NCBI GenBank assembly: GCA_020137815.1
Contig: CM035359.1
Coordinates: forward strand, 4,650,001-4,714,000
Length of the DNA: 64,000 bases
Direction of reading: 5' to 3'
Origin: Hormiphora californensis
Taxonomy: Eukaryota; Animalia; Ctenophora
In this document: piece by piece, positions 1 to 13,800 of the stretch
Layout: the number at the start of each line of letters is the position of its first letter
Numbering within the stretch: the stretch's first letter is position 1
Notes under the pieces: model-generated
Seen by the model: the letters and a program-made list of their open reading frames with translations, nothing else
Told to the model about the DNA's origin: nothing
The model's database searches: none
Position numbers and translations under genes: made by a program

Positions 1-1454
1 AAGGACTCCAGGGGGGGGAGGGGGGGGGTAGGGGGGAGGTAGCGATTTGGAATTTGGAAAGGGGGAGGGAGGGGGGAGAATTTGGATGTATGGTTTTATG
101 GTTTTTGGGAGAAAGGAAGGGGAGGGGAGGGGGGGTTTTGGGGAGATTCGGACAGGCCTGACAGGGGGAGGGGAGGGGTTTTAAAAACGACAAAAAATCA
201 GGACGTCCCCTTTTTAATCGCCCCCTTTCCCCTCGCGCACGGACGAGTGATTCGAACCAAGGGGTACGTCACATCTGAAAATGGGGGATTTATTTTTTTA
301 AAAATCTATGATGGTGTCACTCTAGTAATTTTAACGTGTTGACAATCCAAACTTTAGCCGTTTTTTTCTTCGTTCTCAAAAAACATGGGTAGGATCCATT
401 TTTCCCTTTTTGAAAAACAACCCCCCAGGACCTATCACTTATCACACACACACACCCCTTTCTCTCTCTCTCTCTTTCCCCCTCTCTATTTTCCCTCATT
501 TCCCCCCTCCTCTCCCTCTACTCTCTCTCTCTTCCTTTTCTCTCTTTCTCTCTCTTTTTCTCAGGTCCCCTCAATGGAAAGGGGGGGAAAAAAATCTGCT
601 GCTGTGTTTTGCGTACTGTTTCAGAAGAAGACCAATTTTTTGGAAAGAAGAAGAGAAGAAAAGAGAGAAAAAGCAAAAAAAAAAAGTGAGAGGGAAAGGG
701 AGAATGAGAGAGAAAAAAGGGGAGAAAGAGGGGAGAGAGGAGAGAGAGAGAGGAGAGAGAAGAGGAGGAGAGAAAGGGGAGAGAAAAGAGGGGGGAGAGA
801 GAGAAAATGATGGTGCGGGTGATGGGGGTTTTCCTTTCATTTTTCGTTTTATTTGGGGTTTCCCTGAAAACGCGACAAAGGGTCCCTTTTTTTTTTAAAA
901 AGGATTATAATATAATCGTTTGATTTTTTAATCTCTTTGAAAGTTCTCTTGAACTTTCACCCTATATAAGACTCCATTGTCCCTTTCTCTCTCTTTCTCT
1001 CTCCCACCTCTATCTCGTTATAAGGTTACCAGCTGCGCCTAGTTGAGTGTAAATATTATATGCCTTCCCTAGTCCAATCATTGTAGCCCCTATGTTTTCA
1101 TTGTTCTGTCTCTCGCCCTCTCTATTTTTTATATCTATCTCTCCCTATCTTTTTAAAGCAACTCTCATAGACTTCTCTATCTCGACCTTTTTCTTCATGT
1201 TCTTCCTTTTCTCTCATTCGCTTGCCTTGTTTCCCTACCTCGTAACAACTACGCACTGTTTGAATATGCTGGTCGCTCGATATGTGCTATAAATATACTA
1301 TCTAGATTTTTTTTGTCGTATCGGAGTTTTTTTTATCAAGCTTCATTTCTTGAAACATATATATGGTCGGATTTTTTGAAGTTGTCACACCCTTCTCGTG
1401 CGCAGAATGTTTTTGTGCGTCACATCACATGTTAACATAACGCTGAATTTCTCT

Positions 1455-1759
<305 letters not shown>

Positions 1760-2977
1760 CACGGTTTTGACACGGTTTTGACACGGTTTTAAAATAATTC
1801 TGCACGGGTTTCCCGGTGCGTAAGAATGTTGGAGCATCAACCTGTCGACATCCAAGGACAGAGGGTGTCAGGTTGGTGCTCCAGATTCTGGGAATATAAC
1901 ACAGTAATATAACACAAAGATAATTAGTCAGGAGTGTAGTGAAGTTTGTCCTAAGTGGTGTGAGGCAGCTAAGCCGGTTAATGTCCTTTAGCAAATTTTT
2001 CGCGAGTTGAAATGATGGCGTGAGTAAAACACGCCACCAGGCCTGCGATCCGCGGGGTGTAGTTATGAAGATTGTGGAAGATGTTCGTGAGTGAGTGATG
2101 TGATAAAAGGAAAATTTCCGGGTCTTTCCTCAAGTTGTCTCGGCTGTCTTCGTAGAGGCTGCAGTGGTCCAGAGCATGTTCCTCAGTCTCTACTTCATGG
2201 ATCTTCAAGCTCTCGCACCAGGGGCAGTAGCGGTTGTCTCTGGGGATGTTGGTGTACCGTCCGGTTTCTATTTTGAGAGGGTGGGAGCTACTTTTCAGTT
2301 TGGCGATAGAAGATCGGTAGTTGAAGTTGTTCAGTCCCAGGTACGATCTCAAGGTAGGTTCGTCCAATTTTTCGCAGGTGTTGTAAAACGAGAGTTTTGA
2401 AGAGTTGGTTGTCGCTGCTACCCAGCTCCCGTTGAAGGTGTCCCTCAGGCATGAAAGGATTATATCTATTCGAAACTTCTGGGAAATGAGAGGTTTGACG
2501 TCGAGAGTGGGAGGTAAATAAGTGGTGTTGGTCGTGAGGTTAGTTTTTGAAGTGAGTGTTTTATGTGCCGATACATGATCCTGGCTGTAAATTGGGTCTC
2601 TCTCTAGGAGAGGTCGTAGGGAGTTGTACCACGGCAGGTCTCGTGTCTTTTGTTCAATGTAGGCTTGATGTACGAGGCTAGTTCCACTGGATGGTAGCTT
2701 GGCTATCCGTTGGAGGTATTTAATGGTGATATCCAGAGCCTCTAGAGATAGGGGTCGTGTGCCGGTGTCTCCATAAACTGCGGCGTTTGTAGTCTTCCTG
2801 TTGACTCCCATTGTCCACTTGAGATAAGAGAGATGCAATCTGTTAAGTTTGCTACTTGAGAGTTTCCTGATTAAAGTTGGGTCATTGGAGCCAATATTCT
2901 TGATGGTGGTCTTGGCCTCCGGCAGCTGGGGTGACCAGATTGGCGCTCCGTAAAGTGCAATCGGTTTGATGAGGGCG

Positions 2978-2978
<1 letters not shown>
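1760..2978 (-). mobile_element. 5'-truncated non-LTR retrotransposon (CR1/L2-like) ORF2 C-terminus and 3' UTR
   Basis: ORF 1978-2838 has LKSSSHPLKIETGRY...NRYCPWC...VETEEHALDHC, typical of the LINE ORF2 C-terminal CCHC region. It ends in an (AAAACCGTGTC)3 tail and is flanked by TG tracts. Confidence 0.8.
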
Positions 2979-3051
<73 letters not shown>

Positions 3052-3439
3052 CCTGGATATAACCGTTCCTGGATACCGTTCCCAGGAACGGTCAGCGGCT
3101 CAGGAAAGTTGCACTTACACCACAATGCGTACCACACATTTCATGAAAATGTGCCAATGAAGGAGCAGTTGCGTAGCAGGTAGCGGTGGATGGTCTACCG
3201 ATTTAGACTTAGTTAGAATTCTATAATAGAATGGCAATGATAAAGTTGTTCAAATAATCACACGTAAAGCTTTCTCTTTAGAGATTAGAGTTGTAAAGGG
3301 CCGGTCATGGGAAACTCTCAGTCGACGGTTGCAATATTCCACAGTATGATATTAATATCACTGGATCATCCCCTCCCTTCATTAAACCACGGCTTTCCTC
3401 TCTTCTCTTTCTCTCTGATCTATATCTCTATATCTCTCT

Positions 3440-3526
<87 letters not shown>

Positions 3527-3874
3527 AATGTAGGGAAAGACGAGGTGAAATGATTATCTTTTGTGATCGTCATGACTGTCTCTGCAACTATAATTATCTT
3601 CTCTATCCCCCTTCTGTGATCATTGTCCCATCTCTATTACATCTCTATCATTGTCCCTCAACAGCTGTCTCAGTTTCGTCTCAATTTCGCATCTGAACCC
3701 ACCATCTCCCTATATAACTATAGTTTCCGGAGCAACTCTGCAACCATTAAATTGTTGCAATATTTAACTAGTTTAACCACTCATTCCCTCCATAAACCAA
3801 CACTCTTTAATTCACTCTCTTTAGCCGTTCTAATCCCTCGTTTTACCTTCTAACCTTCCACTCTTTCTATGTCA

Positions 3875-3959
<85 letters not shown>

Positions 3960-4844
3960 TCCCTCTCTCTCACCCTCCCTCTCTCACCCTCCCTCTCACC
4001 CTCTCTACGATTGCTGTAACGCTTGATTGAGGCACCCCACCACACACGTATAGTGTACTGTGTAGGCCATTTTCTCCCTTATATGGATCAACCTCATTTG
4101 CCAATTGTTCTCTTGGTCATGCCTTTTCTCACTGTCTCTATCTCCGTCTCACTGTCTATATCATGACCATATGTGTCTCTAACATGACCATGGGTCTCTA
4201 AATGTATCTCTATTATGTCTCACTGTATGTAACTGTCTTTCTATCTCCCTCTTCTTCATTCTCTTTTTTTCTCTGCCCCTCTTTCAATCTCGCATAATAT
4301 ATGAATGTCGAAATTCTGTTTTCTAGTATGTGTGCGTCAAAATCACAACGCAATCTTAAATATTATATGATGTTCTAGTCAAATCTTTAATTTCTTTAAC
4401 TTTAATTTCTTTAACTTGTTGCGCTTATGTTACTCTTCAAATCTTTAGTTCTCAATCATTAGGAGTTCCGACTCACTTCTCTTGGTGCCTAAACTTTTGT
4501 CGTAGGCTGGCTTCATCAGAAACTAAAAACAATCACATCAAAATCCCTATACCAACAACTGTTTCAACTCCCAACTGTTTCAACTTCCAACTGAAGTTCA
4601 AATATCTAGGCTGCAGCTACCAAGCCCCCAATTATTCCAATACCTAGGCTGCAGCTCCCAACTATCCCAATCTCAAGCCCCCAATTATTTCAATATCTAG
4701 GCTGCAGCTCCCAACTATCCCAAGCCCCCAATTATTCCAATATCTAGGCTGTGCAGCTCCCAACTATCCCAATCTCAAGCCCCCAATTATTCCAATCTCT
4801 TATAGGCTGTAACTCCCGAAACTCCCAATTATTCCCATATCTAG

Positions 4845-7800
4845 GCTGCAGCTGTCAGTGTCGATGTCACCGCGTTCCTGTTGTCACGGTAACCATGGTA
4901 TACAGCTCATCAGCAGCCCCGGAAACACCCGAACTACAGCACCACATCACACGAGAGAGAAAGGAGGTATATGCCATTCCCTTTTTCTTTAATACTAGCG
5001 CACCCATTGGGTGCGCCTCAAGTAAGGGCTTTTTGATAACCCACCCGGCTTCGCCGGGCGGTTCTATTCGTCCCTTTCAACTTCAACACACGTCACACCG
5101 GTTGCCATGGCAACTGAATTGATAACTATGGGGACTGGCGTGTCAAAATTCATTCGAAATATTAACAACTTCCACTGGAAGATCCAAAACTGTGAGCAAC
5201 AGCTTTACAGCTTTGGGCACACACAGAGTGTTTTATGAAGGAGCAGTCTGTCGCTTAGATACCGCCTAACGAACGACCACTTCGACGTTCATCTCCAAAT
5301 TATAATAGAGACTAGCGCACCCATTGGGTGCGCCTCAAGTAAGGGTTTTTTGATGAGGATAACTATGGTAACTATGGGGACTGGCCTATTAAAAGTCATT
5401 CGAAAATATCAAAAAAATTCCACTGGAAGTTCCAAAAGTGTGAGCAACAGCTTTACAGCTTTCGTCATATGAAATGTTTTATGAAGGAGCACTGTCGCTT
5501 AGATACCGCCTAACGAACGACCATCACGACGTTCATCTCCAACTTATAATAGAGATTTTAATATTTTGATATTTTTTATTTCTAATTCATTTCCAATAGC
5601 GGACCTATTCTTCATAATTTTCTATGGCAGTATCCAGGAACCGACCGGATTAAGTAAAAAACCAATCAGAACTCGTTATTCAGGTCATGTGACTGGTTAT
5701 CAGCCAATCAGGGACCAGTATTTCCTGATTCGGTCGGTTCCTGGCAGTATCTCTTTCTCTTCAGGTGATAGAGACAGAGTTGGAGTCTGTAGTTGTTATT
5801 CTTGGTGAGGATAGCAAGTGTCTCATTCCCCTGGTATCTAACTTTGATCCACTCCTTCGAGACTTTGACAAGGTATAATTGCATATCCCCCCTCCCATCT
5901 CTCATTCCCCTGGTATCTAACTTTGATCCACTCCTTCGAGACTTTGACAAGGTATAATTGCATATCCCCCCTCCCATCTCTCATTCCCCTGGTATCTAAC
6001 TTTGATCCACTCCTTCGAGACTTTGACAAGGTATAATTGCATATCTCCCTCCCATCTCTCATTCCCCTGGTATCTAACTTTGATCCACTCCTTCGAGACT
6101 TTGACAAGGTATAATTGCATATCTCCCTCCCATATCTCATTGTGTAGTCTTTATCCCTCATTTATCTAGCCCTCGTTTGCAGCCCTCCCTAACCACTTAC
6201 GCATAATATAACGTTTACCCCAGAGTATCATGCGTGGCCAACGCCCCTTTTTTCTCTTTCTTTCAATAAAAGTATTCAACATCTTCAACATATATATCTC
6301 TAAAAGTATCACTCTTTTGTCTAGAGACGTAAAGCTTTGACTTTTTTCTTTCAATACTAGAGACTGAACTTTTCGCTCTCGGATCTCTCTCCAGCTGTTC
6401 TAACATTGCCCCTCCAGGTTCTAACATTGTCTCTCCAGGTTCTAACATTGTTTCTTCAGGTTCTAACATTGTTTCTTCAGGTTCTAACATTGTCCCTTCA
6501 GGTTCTAACATTGTCCCTCCAGGTTCTAACATTGTACCTCCAGGTTCTAACATTGTCCCTCCAGGTTCTAACATTGTCCCTCCAGGTTCTAACATTGTCC
6601 CTCCAGGTTCTAACATTGTTTCTTCAGGTTCTAACATTGTTTCTCCAGGTTCTAACATTGTTTCTTCAGGTTCTGACAGAGTTGTCCCAAGCGGAGGTAT
6701 GCTGCAGGGAGTTCCAAGAGCAATGGCAGCAAGAGGAGGTATATGTTAAAACTCTAAAACAACAGAAGAAGAGCCTTGAACTGGTGAGAGAATTTAGTTT
6801 TTTTTTATCCGCAAGGTGAGCTTGGGATGAGCTTGGGGTGATTGGTGAGAAGGGGTAGTAAATTAGACTAGGTAACTAACAGTATCATACTGAGTGTTGG
6901 TTTGTCTGTTTGAATCAGCTAGTTCGTTAGACTAATTCTAAGCACGCTTCCCCGGTACCGCATTAAAAAAGTGTTTGATAGTCAGCACAATCGAACAATT
7001 CATGAAGTGTAGTTCTATAATACTACATGAAGTAATGTCCCCCTCAAGCAGACGATTCAGAACAGAGCTACCCTTACACTTAGAATTAAACATCGTACTC
7101 TCAAGAGCTCTATCAAACTCTTCTCTATTCGTAATACCATGAAAATTATTCATCCTAAAACACCTGGCTCACACTCCTGGAGAGAGATAAATCCCAACTC
7201 AAACACTCACAGTACGTTCTTAATAAGCCCACAGAGATTTACGTAACTATAAAGATATCGAAGATTGGAAAATAACCTCTGACACGGATCAATCGATTAT
7301 AAGTGGAACACTCAAATTAATTTGTTTAAAGTAGTGTTGAAAAGTTTGAAACTACATGAAGTGTAGTATAAGTAGTTCTATAGAACTTAAAACGCTCAGG
7401 CATCACCAGATATTAGTGAAGATTTAACCTCCATTTCCCCCTTCTCAGAGAATTGTAGAGATAGAGACGTTGCACCAGGCAGAGCTGAGAAGATGGACAG
7501 AGGAGAAAAAGACGATGGAAAGACGAATTGAAGACTTCGAATGGAAACTAGGTAAACAGTTTCTTCTGTGCACAGACAGTCTTTGAGCCCACGATGTCCC
7601 CCTTCTCGTATACTGGTGTAACCCCCCTTTTTTGTTGGGGATTTGAATATACCCTTCACCAGGAACCGACCGAATTAGGAAATACTGGTCCCTGATTGGC
7701 TAATAATCCAGTCACGTGACCTAAATAACGGATTCTGATTGGTTGCTTACTTGTTTCGGTCGGTTAAGTTCTTACCCTTCACGATGTAACAGTTCATCAC

Positions 7801-10800
7801 GTGTGAATATATCCCTCACCTTAACAGAGCAGAGAGATCTAGATATGCAGAGGTTAACCAAGGTTAACACCGATCTACAGCGACAACTGTCTACCTCCAG
7901 TGAGCAGATGCAGAACATCAAGAAAGCAAGGAATGCCACTAAGAAGTTTAGTACTGCCGTCCGAATGGTGAGGGAGTTATAACAGGGTTTGATACCTTTG
8001 GTAGTCGAGTGATCGATTTAGGGAGCTATATCAATGAACCAAATTTTGTTATTTCTTGATTTTGGGAAGATATATTCATGTTTATTTCAACAATTTTACA
8101 ACAATCTGTTTCAGATCCGTCAGCAGAAGGATAGTGAGGTGACCCAGAAGATTATAAAGAAGCTAGAGGAGGATAGTGAGCAGTATTGTGACCGATTTAA
8201 CCTCCTAGACAATGAGGTAACGACTAATGTACAGACCCCGATTTAGTGGCACCCCGATTTAGTGGCACCCCGATTTAGTGGCACCCCGATTTAGTGGCAC
8301 CCCGATTTAGTGGCCCCCGATTTAGTGGCACCCCGATTTAGTGGCACCCCGATTTAGTGGCAGGATTTTTTTCCGCCGATACACGAAAATTAACATTATT
8401 TGAACCCGATTTAGTGGCACCCCGATTTAGTGGCAGGATTTTTTCCCCCGAGGATGCCACTAAATCGGGGTCTGACTGTGTTTGTAACGCACTTAGTAAT
8501 TTGACTCAAACTGTGAAGCACGCGGGACATTATGACAGTAGCCTAAAGGTTTTACCCTCGTGACACCACATGGGCCCGGGCATCCAAACTTATTTATTTA
8601 ATTGGTTTTTGGACTAAATTCACTTCTGATCATTAGGAAAATACGTGTGAAATTGAAATATTCTCTTCCAGAATTCAGCGCTGGCAAGGCAGCTGGAGGA
8701 GGCCCATGATATGCTAGATGAGATGAGGAAGAGAGACGATCTGATGAGTGGGGAGAGAAGGGAGTGGAAGGTTGAGAAAGAGGATTTATTGGAGGAGAGT
8801 GCCCACCTTACTGGACAGGTATTGACATGCTGTGCACCTTGTTGCCTAAAATGGTATTTCTTTCCTGCACGTCCGTTAGAACATGTTTAAATGTTCTAAC
8901 CCTCCTCCGGGGCGCGCGAAACACAGTCTAGCTAGGCAAGTTAGAACATGATAACAATTTCATTTTCAATAACGAATTCCAGATAAAAGATCTAGAGACA
9001 GAACTTCGTAAGCACAGGACAGCTTCCAAGAACTTACAATCACTGATAAAGAAGGCTGAACAGGACGCTATTACTGCGGAGAAACAGGCAAAGAAAATGG
9101 CAGATGAGAATCAGGTATATGTACATTTAACTCCCTAAATTATTTGGGCCTAATTTATATGATTTCTCTTCTTCCCGCTATGCCTATTTAATAGCAGATA
9201 GCTCTCTGGACCCACTTTCTGAAAATAGCTTCCATTTGGTAGTCAATTTGAGATCAATATAACCCTATAACCCTACCTAATCTCCCTAATACCCCACTGA
9301 TTCTCACACCACCTCTATCAGCTGCTAGAGTCGAGAATGGTGCGGATGAGAAATATCTTGGTTGCTGAGGGTGTGAACCTGGAAACATACCCTGAATTGG
9401 ATCTAAACACTCCTGTGCCAAACAACAACCAACAACTGGTAGGTAGTCTTTCTGGTTAGCCAAATTTAAATTGTAAAAAACATAGCTTTCTGATGAAACT
9501 GACACCCAACCACGTGGAACATCATCGGAAACAGGGGTTCATGCCCATGGCAACCGCTCTTATCAAGTCACATCAACAACACCGGACCTCAATTACAATA
9601 TTGGTCGGAGCTACCACAAAGTTGGTCATCACAAAACAATCTAATCATTATACCTTCTCCTATAATCTCTTCAGAGCCCTATAAGGAAGGCATCAGATTC
9701 TGTGTTCTCTGGTTCCCTGGCCTTCTCGACCCCTCTAAAACATGATAATATGATCTTGAAACACGAGGTTTCACTTCAAGATGAACTCGATTTTGTTGGT
9801 ATGTTTAGACCTCTAGATATGTAGATCATAATAATATGTCCGATCAGAGGTGAAACTCAGGGGGAATAAGTTTATCTTGGTCATGGCTGTTTATGGCAGA
9901 AGTGTTATGTTTGTTTGTGTTCATGTTTGTTTGTTTGTTCATGTTGTTTGTTTGTTTGTTTGTTTGTTTGTTTGTTCATGTTGTTTGTATTCATGTTTGT
10001 TTGTTTGAGTTTTACTAATATTTTGTACCCTTTTCCAGGTTCTGTGGATAACAGTGGACGGTTTAGAAGCATATCTAGTGAGGGTGAACAGATTGAACTC
10101 AAGGTAAAATATAGATGAAATCTTTATTATTGTGATATTGTGTCCCGATTCCCTTTCTCCATGGTATGATTTCCCAACACTGCCTCTCCTATTCCCTCTC
10201 ATCTCTCTCCCTCTCATCTCTTTCCCTCTTTATCCCTCTTTCCTCCACTCTCCATCCCCACTATCTCCTACTATCTCTCCTACTCTCTCCCCTCCCCTCT
10301 CTCCCCCACTCTCCATCCCCTTCTCTCCCCCACTCTCTCCTATTATCTCCTACTCTCTCCCCTTCTCTCCATCCTCACACTCTCCCCTTCTCTCCAGTAC
10401 GCCCAGCTGGAGCAAGATATGATCCGTTGTGAGACTGAGAAAAGTGCCCTCCTCGTCTCTCTCTACCTCTCCCTCTTTATCCCTCCTCACACTCTCCCCT
10501 CTCCTTCTCTCCAGTACGCCCAGCTGGAGCAAGAGATGATCCGTTGTGAGACTGAGAAAAGTGCCCTTCTCGTCGATGTCCGACGAGCTGAGAAGAACGG
10601 GGCAACTAAAGACAAGGAAATTGTTATTCTCAAGGATGAGGTGAAGTCTCTGAATCTGAAGATTTCCCAGCTTCGTGCTGAGGTGAGTTGTTTCGAATCC
10701 TAACAGATCCTTTGATTAAAAGGAATCTCCGACAGAAAAAAAACCTTATTTTTTAAGAAATTTTCTACTGTGTCCCGAATGGAAAATTGTTTTGCGATCG

Positions 10801-13800
10801 ATTCGGGAACACTGTTTTGTTTCCAAGAATTCTGGAGTTAGCCAGAAACACATAGCTTTAGAGGATGAGGGATCATGTTACTTCAATAGTTCTAGCAATT
10901 GCAGCTATTCAGGCTGTCTCTTCTCACTTTACCACATCGTCTCAGTCAGCCGTCGTTGATTCACTTTTGCTATTCATAATTTCTGTTTTCATGAGTTGTT
11001 ACAGTTCCACACCAGGTGTCAACTCCAGTACAGGTGTCATCTCCATTTTCAGCTTTCGCATTCGTACCATCCTCTCGTGTTGGAAGGGCCAAATTCACGG
11101 CGAGAGTCATTCATTGATTAATTCGATGCTGTATTCTTTCTTTTTGGTTTAGGCTTCAGTCAAAAATCGGTTCGCCCGCCTTTAGAGAAATTGGTAGTTT
11201 TTGTTTGTACTTTTTCTTACCTCATTTTCCGTGAATTTCTTTTTGTTTTTGTATTCCGGGTATGAAAGTGTGACAAAAGTGAATTCAAAACAATCATTTT
11301 TGTACGCATGACCTATTACTATTTCAAATCACACCTAGTTTAACCCCTGAATCCCTGCAGTTGGACGACGAAGAAAAAAGGGGTAAGGAGAGCGAAAAAA
11401 GTAAATTGCATCCCAAATCGCCGAGATACGGGCAAGAGGGCCGGGGGGAGGAAAAAACAGAAGTCTCCCTGATTTGAACACTGAAAAAATTTTAGAATCT
11501 GTTTGAAGAGAACATGCAACTTATGAAAGAGAAGTAAGTGCTTGGGGAATTTGAGAAGTATTGGGATTATGTGAAACTGGCATAAGCCCCCATCCTCCTA
11601 ACTGCACCATTCCCTCCCCTCTCCAGACAGTCAGTATTTGAGAAATACACCAAGCTGGAAGCCACCTCCCTACAAGTGGAGAGAACATTAAAACAGGACA
11701 AACTGGAAGCTGAACGAAAACTTTCCCGGCTCGAGGTAATGAAATCCTTTCTCTCTCTCTCTCCAGCATCCACGTGATTCTCACAGTTTCCAAATCGATA
11801 TCCCCAAAATATTTCACCCTAAATGTCACCCTAACCTCACCCAAACCTCACCTCAAACCTCACCTCAAACCTCTACTTAGGAGGACTACTCAAACCTAAT
11901 GAGATCCGAGGAAAAGTTAGCAACTGAGCTGAGAGATGTCAAGGGACGACTGGAGAAGCTGAAGATCCTTTACAGTCTATTGCAAAGCGAGGACAATGAG
12001 GTATGAGTGGTTAATGAGATTGAGGTGCGAGGTAGTATAGGACTCAGTTAGGTGTGAGATAGAATAAGTCTATTCAGGACCTAGCCTTGATAAATTTGTC
12101 TCAGACTAACCTGTCTAAACCACTTGTGTTTTTTCACATGAATATTTCAATCAATAAACTTCAATATCCCTTTACCTAGTGTGAAGACCCGGAGGAGCTG
12201 GTAGCCCGTTTGAAGTACAAGCGAGGTGAGGTGGAGGCACTACTTCGGGACAGGACAGATATGAGGACCCAGATAGTATCTCTGCAGAAGATGCTCAACT
12301 TGAGGGGGAGTGAGGATCAGGAGGGGGATAGTAACCGAGATGTCAATAGCGGAGGTGAGATCCACTAGGTGGTAACTAGGTGGTAACTAGGTGGTAACTA
12401 AGTGGTAACTAGGTGGTAACTAAGGGGGAGTGAGGATCAGGAAGGGGATAGTAACCGAGATGTCAATAGTGGAGGTGAGATATCTGGCTGGGATTCTGGG
12501 AAGTTTTGGAGATGGGAAGTTTTGGAGATCATGGGGAGTTTTGGAGATGGAAATGGGGAGGTACTTCCTTTTTACCTGTAGTATCTATTTTAACCATAAA
12601 CTTACATTTCAGGAATTGTTCAGAGAGTTTTGTCGGCAATAAGGAACAGACGAAGGAGTAGTGGTAACAAGACTATTAGCGCCATTGGGAGTATCGCCAG
12701 AACATCTTCTGGATCAATCGGTCAGGACTTGGGGTGAGTTAACCATATAATGGAGTGCTTGGGGTGATTTTGTTTATTATGTTCGAACCATTTACCATTT
12801 ACCATGTTCATAATATTTGGGCGTGGTTTTTTTTGACGGGCCGGGATCGTTTTCATGGGAGCTTCTATATCGGGGAGTTTAAAGAACGATCTCTTCACAT
12901 GTAGGTACTCAGTGGTAGACCGAAAAAAGAGATCTCGACCTACCGTTCCCCAACTTGATAGACTCAAATCTGATCCTAACATACGGAAAATAGAGGACCT
13001 GAAGGAGCTGAGTAGCGTTCCACGTCGAGTTGCAAACGGTAAGGACACTACGAAACAGAAACAAACCTTTGGAGTTCAGCTGTGTTAATATCACGCTTGT
13101 TATTACAGGTTGGACATATTCCCCCGCTGGTCTGTTCTCCATGGGTCTGCCATCATGTGTACCAACGTATAGCAAGTTGTTGGTAATGGACGACAGGCCC
13201 CAGAAGGTTATCTGTACCTGTTTTGTTCCCAGCTGGCCATTTCCTAGGATGGGAGGTGTCAGGATACAACTCAAAAGGTAAACAGGAGTTCAACTGTAAT
13301 CAGGAACCGACCGAACCAAGTAAACAACCAATCAGAACTCGTTATTTAGGTCACGTGACTGGTTATCAGCCAATCAGGGACCAGTATTTCCTGATTCGGT
13401 CGGTTCCTGACTGTAATCTATCATATTGTGTGTACTATGAATAGAGACAAGAAGTGAATAGTGAACGGTGCGAAAATATTCTAAAAACACTTATCCCACT
13501 CTCTAGGACCAGCTCAGGATCTCCAGAGTCTATCAGAAGTAACAGGGGCTCCCTAACTCGAGACTCATCTGGGAAATCCAAAGATTCAAGCTCTCGGTAA
13601 GCTCTATTTTTATTTTTCACTTTTCATTTCCGGACTATTTGACTATCTCAATCGTCCTTTTTTTCTCTCCGTAGAGAGAGAAAGGCACTCGGAGACGAAA
13701 CAGCGGACCAATTAACGCAATTAACCCCTCCCCTAACCCTCCCCTAACCCCACCCTTGCAGTGGTCCAATTAACGCAAGTTAACCCCCCTCCCCTAACCC

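Noticed and set aside
1-900. ORFs rich in E/R/G/F in purine and homopolymer runs
   Set aside because: Low-complexity, homopolymer-inflated sequence that looks like poor consensus; no motifs.
7311-7353. SL RNA gene
   Set aside because: No GT donor or obvious Sm site follows the leader; it is joined to mRNA-like sequence.
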